Of a stretch of DNA of 64,000 nt, positions 58,800 to 64,000 are shown in pieces. The notes beneath the pieces were generated by a model that saw nothing but the letters and a program-made list of their open reading frames with translations, was not told the origin of the DNA and did no database searches. Location of the stretch: assembly GCA_051313645.2 (NCBI GenBank), contig JBNRSN020000010.1, positions 110,236,001-110,300,000 of the forward strand, written 5' to 3'. This DNA is from Centroscyllium fabricii. Its lineage: Eukaryota. Position numbers and translations under genes: made by a program. How positions within the stretch are numbered: the first letter of the stretch is position 1; the number at the start of each line of letters is the position of its first letter.

Positions 58800-59845
58800 A
58801 TTCCTCCCCCAATACTCCAGCTGTGGTTTAACCAGCATTTTATAAAGGTTCAGCATAACCTTCTTGCTTTTGTACTCTATGGGGTGGGGGGGATTTTCAC
58901 AAAGGTGTGGGGAATTGGCGGGTTTTGGGCTGATCAGGTTTCTGACATGAATGTTCAAGGGCCTGGGAGCCCCATGCAATTTTGGTTCAATTGGCCAATT
59001 AATTCTCCACGTGTCAGAGCCACTGGTAACTGACTGTTTCCTGTCAGAAAGCGGCGGCATTGCAGTTGACAGCCGAGCTTTGAGTGACGGGGCTAAGGAC
59101 TGCGTGCTGTTAGTTTCTATGGAAACAGTGCATTGTGACATCATAATGGAGTGCAACCAATCTCTAAGCACAAGTGGGTTGAGTGACAGGTCTAAAGACT
59201 CACTGGAAAGCTCTCACAGTTAGGGGCCGCCTCTCTGTGAAGCATTTCAATTCATCTGTTAGACAAGTTTCTGGTAGTTTTTTTTCCACAGCTGCTGTTC
59301 ACCCAAGGAAGGCACTTACACCTCCGGGGTGTTGAAGGCCTGGAAAAGCATTCTGCTGCAAGTGCGGCCATGCCTTGAAGGTGAAAGTGACCAAACCGAA
59401 TGTGAACTCGCTAGGTTTCACTGGCGGCGATTCAGGATGGCAGGTTATGGGTGGAAAGCGCTTTAAAATCACGGGGAGCCCTTAAAATGGGATTACCCAT
59501 GGCAATTAAGGGCCCTTAATAAGCATAACAATCATCCCCGCCAGTGGTGGGTGGGAAACATTCAGGCCGGCTAGACACGCCGGCGGAAAACTGCAAAGCA
59601 GCGGGGATCCAGCGGGAGGGGTCAGGACCCCCCGGTTTTGCGATTTTTGCGCCCCGCCCTGCCGGAAACACGCCCTCACGGCACTTTGAAAATCCCCCCC
59701 TAAGCTTCTATTGAAAAAGCAAGGATCCCATATGCTTCTTTTAACAGCCTTCTTAACTTGTCCTGCCACCTTCAATGATTTATGTATATACATCCCCAGG
59801 TCTCTCTGTTCATGCACCCCCTTTAATATTGTAACATTTAATATA
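58800..59845 (-). mobile_element. CR1 ORF2 C-terminal remnant interrupted by a MITE (~58885-59700)
   Basis: EQRDLGMYIHKSLKVAGQV and EYKSKKVMLNLYKMLVKPQLEY. Confidence 0.7.
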
Positions 59846-60643
59846 CAGATTGAGCACCGGTAATCCGGCACCCGATGGTCCGGTACCTTCAGTGGTATGG
59901 CACGAATCGAAGCCGGCGGTCTTCAGTTTGCGGAGCAGCCGCTCGGTGGCGCCACCGTTTCCCGCGAAGGGTGGGCGAGCGCCGAAGGCGTCGGGCATTT
60001 GGGTTGCTGCTTGTTTAGGTTCTTTAAGAGTTCTATCCCTGGGCTCCCTCCCGGGGAGTGTTCTATCCGCACGCTCCGGGCCCCAGGGAGTGTTCTACCT
60101 GCGCGCTCCGGGCCTCGGGGAGTGTTTGAAGTGGTGGCCGTGGCACCACATGGTTACTCCGGGTTAGGTGCTGCTGCCCACGGCGCTTCTTTCCAGACTC
60201 CCGGTGTGGTTTGTAGCAGCACCGAGAAGGGCTGAAGGCGGGGAGGGGGAATGTGGGATAGAACCTCTCGCCTGGCTGCGAGGACTCCACGTGTCAGCTG
60301 CTGCGGGTTGCGTTGTTCGGTGCAACAGAGTTGCAAATGATTTATATCGGCGAAATAGCTACTCCAGGTTCTGGTTTTCTCTCTCGAAATACGATTGCGA
60401 AATGTATCAATCTAAATTGCGAGCCGTGGCGGGTGCTTTAGAAATTGTCGAGTCGGAAGGCTGGAGGGAAACTAGTCCAACCCCCTCCAGTCATTGCATC
60501 TGCATCCTTTGTCTTTACAAGTCACTTGCTATTTTTTCATTTTTTGAACATTGGCAGTGATTTGCCCGGAGGGAGTGTCTTGGGGTGCAAGCTGGAGATA
60601 GGTCAGTTTTGAATGTGGAGTTAATGCCCTTCATGTTTACACC

Positions 60644-63600
60644 TGTGGTAACCCATATTGTATATACGATTACCACTGTAATATTGTCGCCAACATTGGC
60701 TTTGTATGATACACCGCTTTGCAACACTGTCGTGGAGCCAGGTCAGCCACACCTCTAACTCCTCCCCCAGGTGAGGCCCTTTATAGGTGAGGACTGACCG
60801 GCGCTCCCTCATTCTGTTCTGTTGTTCGTTCGGAGGGTAGCTCCAAAGTAAGTTAATAAAAGCCTATAGTTAAGGACACTACTCGTTTAGTCTTTTATTA
60901 AGACAATTGACGATACGTCAATTTTATTAACTTAAACATTTTTGAAATGGAGAGCGGTGCGGTAAAGCCAGAGAAGCTGGACACCAGTCCACAGGACCCA
61001 GCCGCCGCCACCACGTTCGAACACTGGTTCGGTCTCCTGGAGGCCTATATGGATGCCGCCAAGGCTACAACCGACGGGAACAAATTGCAGGTTCTCCGGT
61101 CTAGGATCTCCAGCCGAGTATTCTCCCACATCCGAGACGCCAAAACCTACCCAGGGGCAGTGGAAAAGCTGAGGAAATGCTACGAGCGCCCGGTCCATTT
61201 GGTCTACGCCAGACATGTGCTCGCGACCAGACCACAACTACCGGGTGAGACTAACGAACAATTTGAGCAAGCGCTCCAGGCCCTGGTACGGGTCTGTGGC
61301 TGCCAAGCATGGACAGCAGAAGTGGAGGCGAATCTCCTCATCCGAGATGCGTATGTGACAGGCCTGAGGTGCGTGGAAGCCCGCCAGCGGCTGCTCGAAA
61401 GACTCTTTGACTCTTGAGGAGGCGATCTCCATAGCTAACTCCATTGAAGGAGCACGCAATAAGCTGCAGGCGTACAGCGGCACAAACCCGCAGGCCTACG
61501 ACATGTGGGCCGCGCCACAACGGCCCCAGGCCTGGGCAGCACCACAACGGGTCGAGACCCCCACGATGGCTGCGACAGCCGCAAAGGACAAACGGTGCTA
61601 TTTCTGCGGCCAGGGACTGCACCCACGAGCGAGATGCCCAGCGAGGACCGCGACCTGCGAGAGGTGCTCCAAAAAGGGACACTATGCGAAGGCCTGCAGA
61701 TCAGCACCAGCAGCGCCCAACTCCAGGCACAACAGCGCAGCCTGTGAAAGCTTTGTCAGACCTCAGGTAAGCTGCAATAGCAGCGCGATCCAGCGACGGT
61801 CCGGGGGTAGAAGGAAAGCGCCCCCATCTCCCACCCTGATGCGGTAAAGGCCGGCTGCACCCACGGCACAACAAGCTCAGCCACGGCCGGCCAAGCGCGA
61901 CCCCCCAACGCCAGCTGCAGACCCAGCGCGGCCCGCTGCATGCGAATCACAGGCACCGCCAAACCAACCACCGCGGCTCGCTGCGTGCGAACCACGGGCA
62001 CCGCCAACCCAGTCACCGCGGCCCGCTGCGTGCGAACCATGGGCGCCGCCAGCGTGCTCACAGCGGTCAGCCGCGTGCGAACCACGGGCGCCGCCATCTC
62101 GTCTCCAGCGGCCCACCATGTGCGACCCCCGGCGCCGCCATCTTGTCTCCAGCGGCCCGCCATGTGCGACCCCTCGGCGCCGCCATTTTGTCTCCAGGGT
62201 CCCACCATGTGCGAGCCAGGGGCGCCACCATTTTGTGTACAGCCCCAACCAGCAGGGGGCCCCCACACACAAAAGCACACTTCGGCCTCAGCCATACCCA
62301 AAGTGGACCAGGCTAGGCCACACAACCTTTCTAACTCAATCATGCCGATTAAAATTAACGGCTATATTACCAATTGCCTGTTCGACACTGGAAGCACGGA
62401 GAGTTTTATACACCCCGATACAGCGCTATGGACTGCAGATCCTGCCTACGCGCTACCAAGTCTCCCTTGCTTCATAGTCCCACACCGCGGACGTCACCGG
62501 CTACTGCTCCGTCACGCTCACAGTCAAGGGTTGTGTGTACCGTAATTTTAAATTGTACACCCTCAAGCAGTTTTGTGCCCCAGCCTTACTAGGTCTGGAT
62601 TTCCAGTGCCACCTCAAGAGCGTGACAATGGAGTTCGGCGGGACCTTGCCCCCCCTCACCGTCAGTAGCCGGGACAGTCCCTTCCCAAAGCGTAGCCCAG
62701 CCTGCGGCCTCTCCTCCCTGAAAATTGACCCCCCCTCACTGTTCGCCAACCTCGACCCCAAGTGCAAACCTATTGCTACAAAGAGTCGGCGGTACAGCGT
62801 GGGGGATCGCACGTTTATCAGGTCGGAGGTCGGGCGTATGCTGAAGGAGGGGATAATTGAAGCCAGCACCAGCCCCTGGCGGGCACAGGTAGTAGTGGTG
62901 AAGTCTGGCAAGAAACAGCGGCTGGTTATCGATTACAGCCAGACTATCAACCGCTACACCGGGCTCGACGCCTACCCCCTCCCCCGCATCTCGGACATGG
63001 TCAACCAGATCGGCCAATATAAGGTGTTCTCCACGATCGACCTTAAGTCGGCATATCACCAACTCCCGATCCGGAAAGCCGTCCGCCCGTACACCGCCTT
63101 CGAGGCGAACGGTCGGCTCTACCACTTCCTCCGGGTCCCCTTCGGCGTGACCAACGGAGTGTCAGTGTTCCAACGGGAGATGGACCGCATGGTTGACCAG
63201 AACGAGTTGCGGGCCACTTTCCCTTACCTGGACAACGTGACCATCTGCGGCCACGACCAGCAGGACCACGATGCCAACCTGGCCAAATTTCTCGATACGG
63301 CGGATAAGCTGGACCTTACGTATAACAAGGACAAATGTGTCTTTAATACAGACCGGCTCGCCATCCTCGGATACGTGGTGGAGAACGGGGTCCTCGGCCC
63401 CGACACACAGCGTATGCGCCCCCTACAAGAACTGCCCCTACCTCACAACCCCAAAGCCTTGAGGAGATGCCTAGGATTTTTCTCCTACTACGCACAATGG
63501 GTCCCACAGTTCGCGGACAAGGCTAGACCACTCCTCAAGGCTGCCATCTTCCCCCTCTCGGTAGAAGCCCAAACGGCATTCGCCCGGATAAAGGAAGACA

Positions 63601-64000
63601 TTATCAAAGCGACCATGCTCGCTGTTGATGAATCCATTCCCTTCCAGGAGGAGAGCGACGCTTCAGACTTTGCCCTTGCTGCCACCCTGAATCAGGCAGG
63701 CAGGCCCGTAGCGTTTTTCTCCCGCACCCTACAGGGACCCGAAACTCGCCACTCTGCAGTGGAAAAGGAGGCCCAGGCCATCGTGGAGGCCGTGCGCTAC
63801 TGGCGTCATTACCTGGCCGGTAAGCGTTTTACCCTTCTCACCGACCAACGGTCGGTGGCGTTTATGTTTAATAATAAACAGAAGGGTAAGATCAAGAATG
63901 ATAAGATCCTGCGGTGGCGGATCGAACTCTCGACTTACGAGTACGACATTCTTTACCGACCAGGTAAACTCAATGAACCCCCGGACGCACTGTCCAGGGG
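60644..64000 (+). mobile_element. Gypsy element E (same family group as B and D); 5' LTR 60644-60920, frameshifted gag-pol running off the window
   Basis: MESGAVKPEKLD gag at 60947, two zinc knuckles, LFDTGS, YLDN (63225-36) and RNase H. Confidence 0.92.

Noticed and set aside
59846-60643. Possible Tigger/pogo-like element end (TA|CAGATTGAGCACC)
   Set aside because: Only one terminus is visible and no transposase was recognised; insufficient support.

Overview
Vertebrate genomic DNA, most likely a cartilaginous fish (HE1-type V-SINE, CR1 LINEs, Harbinger-family elements). I found no host protein-coding gene; most of the window is transposable elements. One CR1 LINE (minus, ~10420-50620) is split by a two-gene Harbinger transposon (17584-50487). 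Its transposase is split by two CsRn1-like Gypsy elements (A 25912-44391, F 45657-49890) and a hAT MITE. A contains Gypsy element B (28245-42535), which contains two very young Gypsy elements, C (29979-34573) and D (35146-39978). TSDs and LTR divergence agree with this order. Main observation: four related Gypsy elements (B, C, D, and E at 60644) have no tRNA primer-binding site. In each, the 13-14 nt just inside the 5' LTR are the exact reverse complement of the LTR's own poly(A)-signal segment, and the pairs co-vary between families, suggesting tRNA-independent self-priming. These elements also share a YLDN RT motif, a PPT-enclosing hairpin and (B, D, E) 45-nt coding repeats with YY1 motifs. 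A perfect 191-bp Penelope-derived palindrome carries a minimal hammerhead ribozyme motif on each strand. All coordinates and mismatch counts were read by eye.
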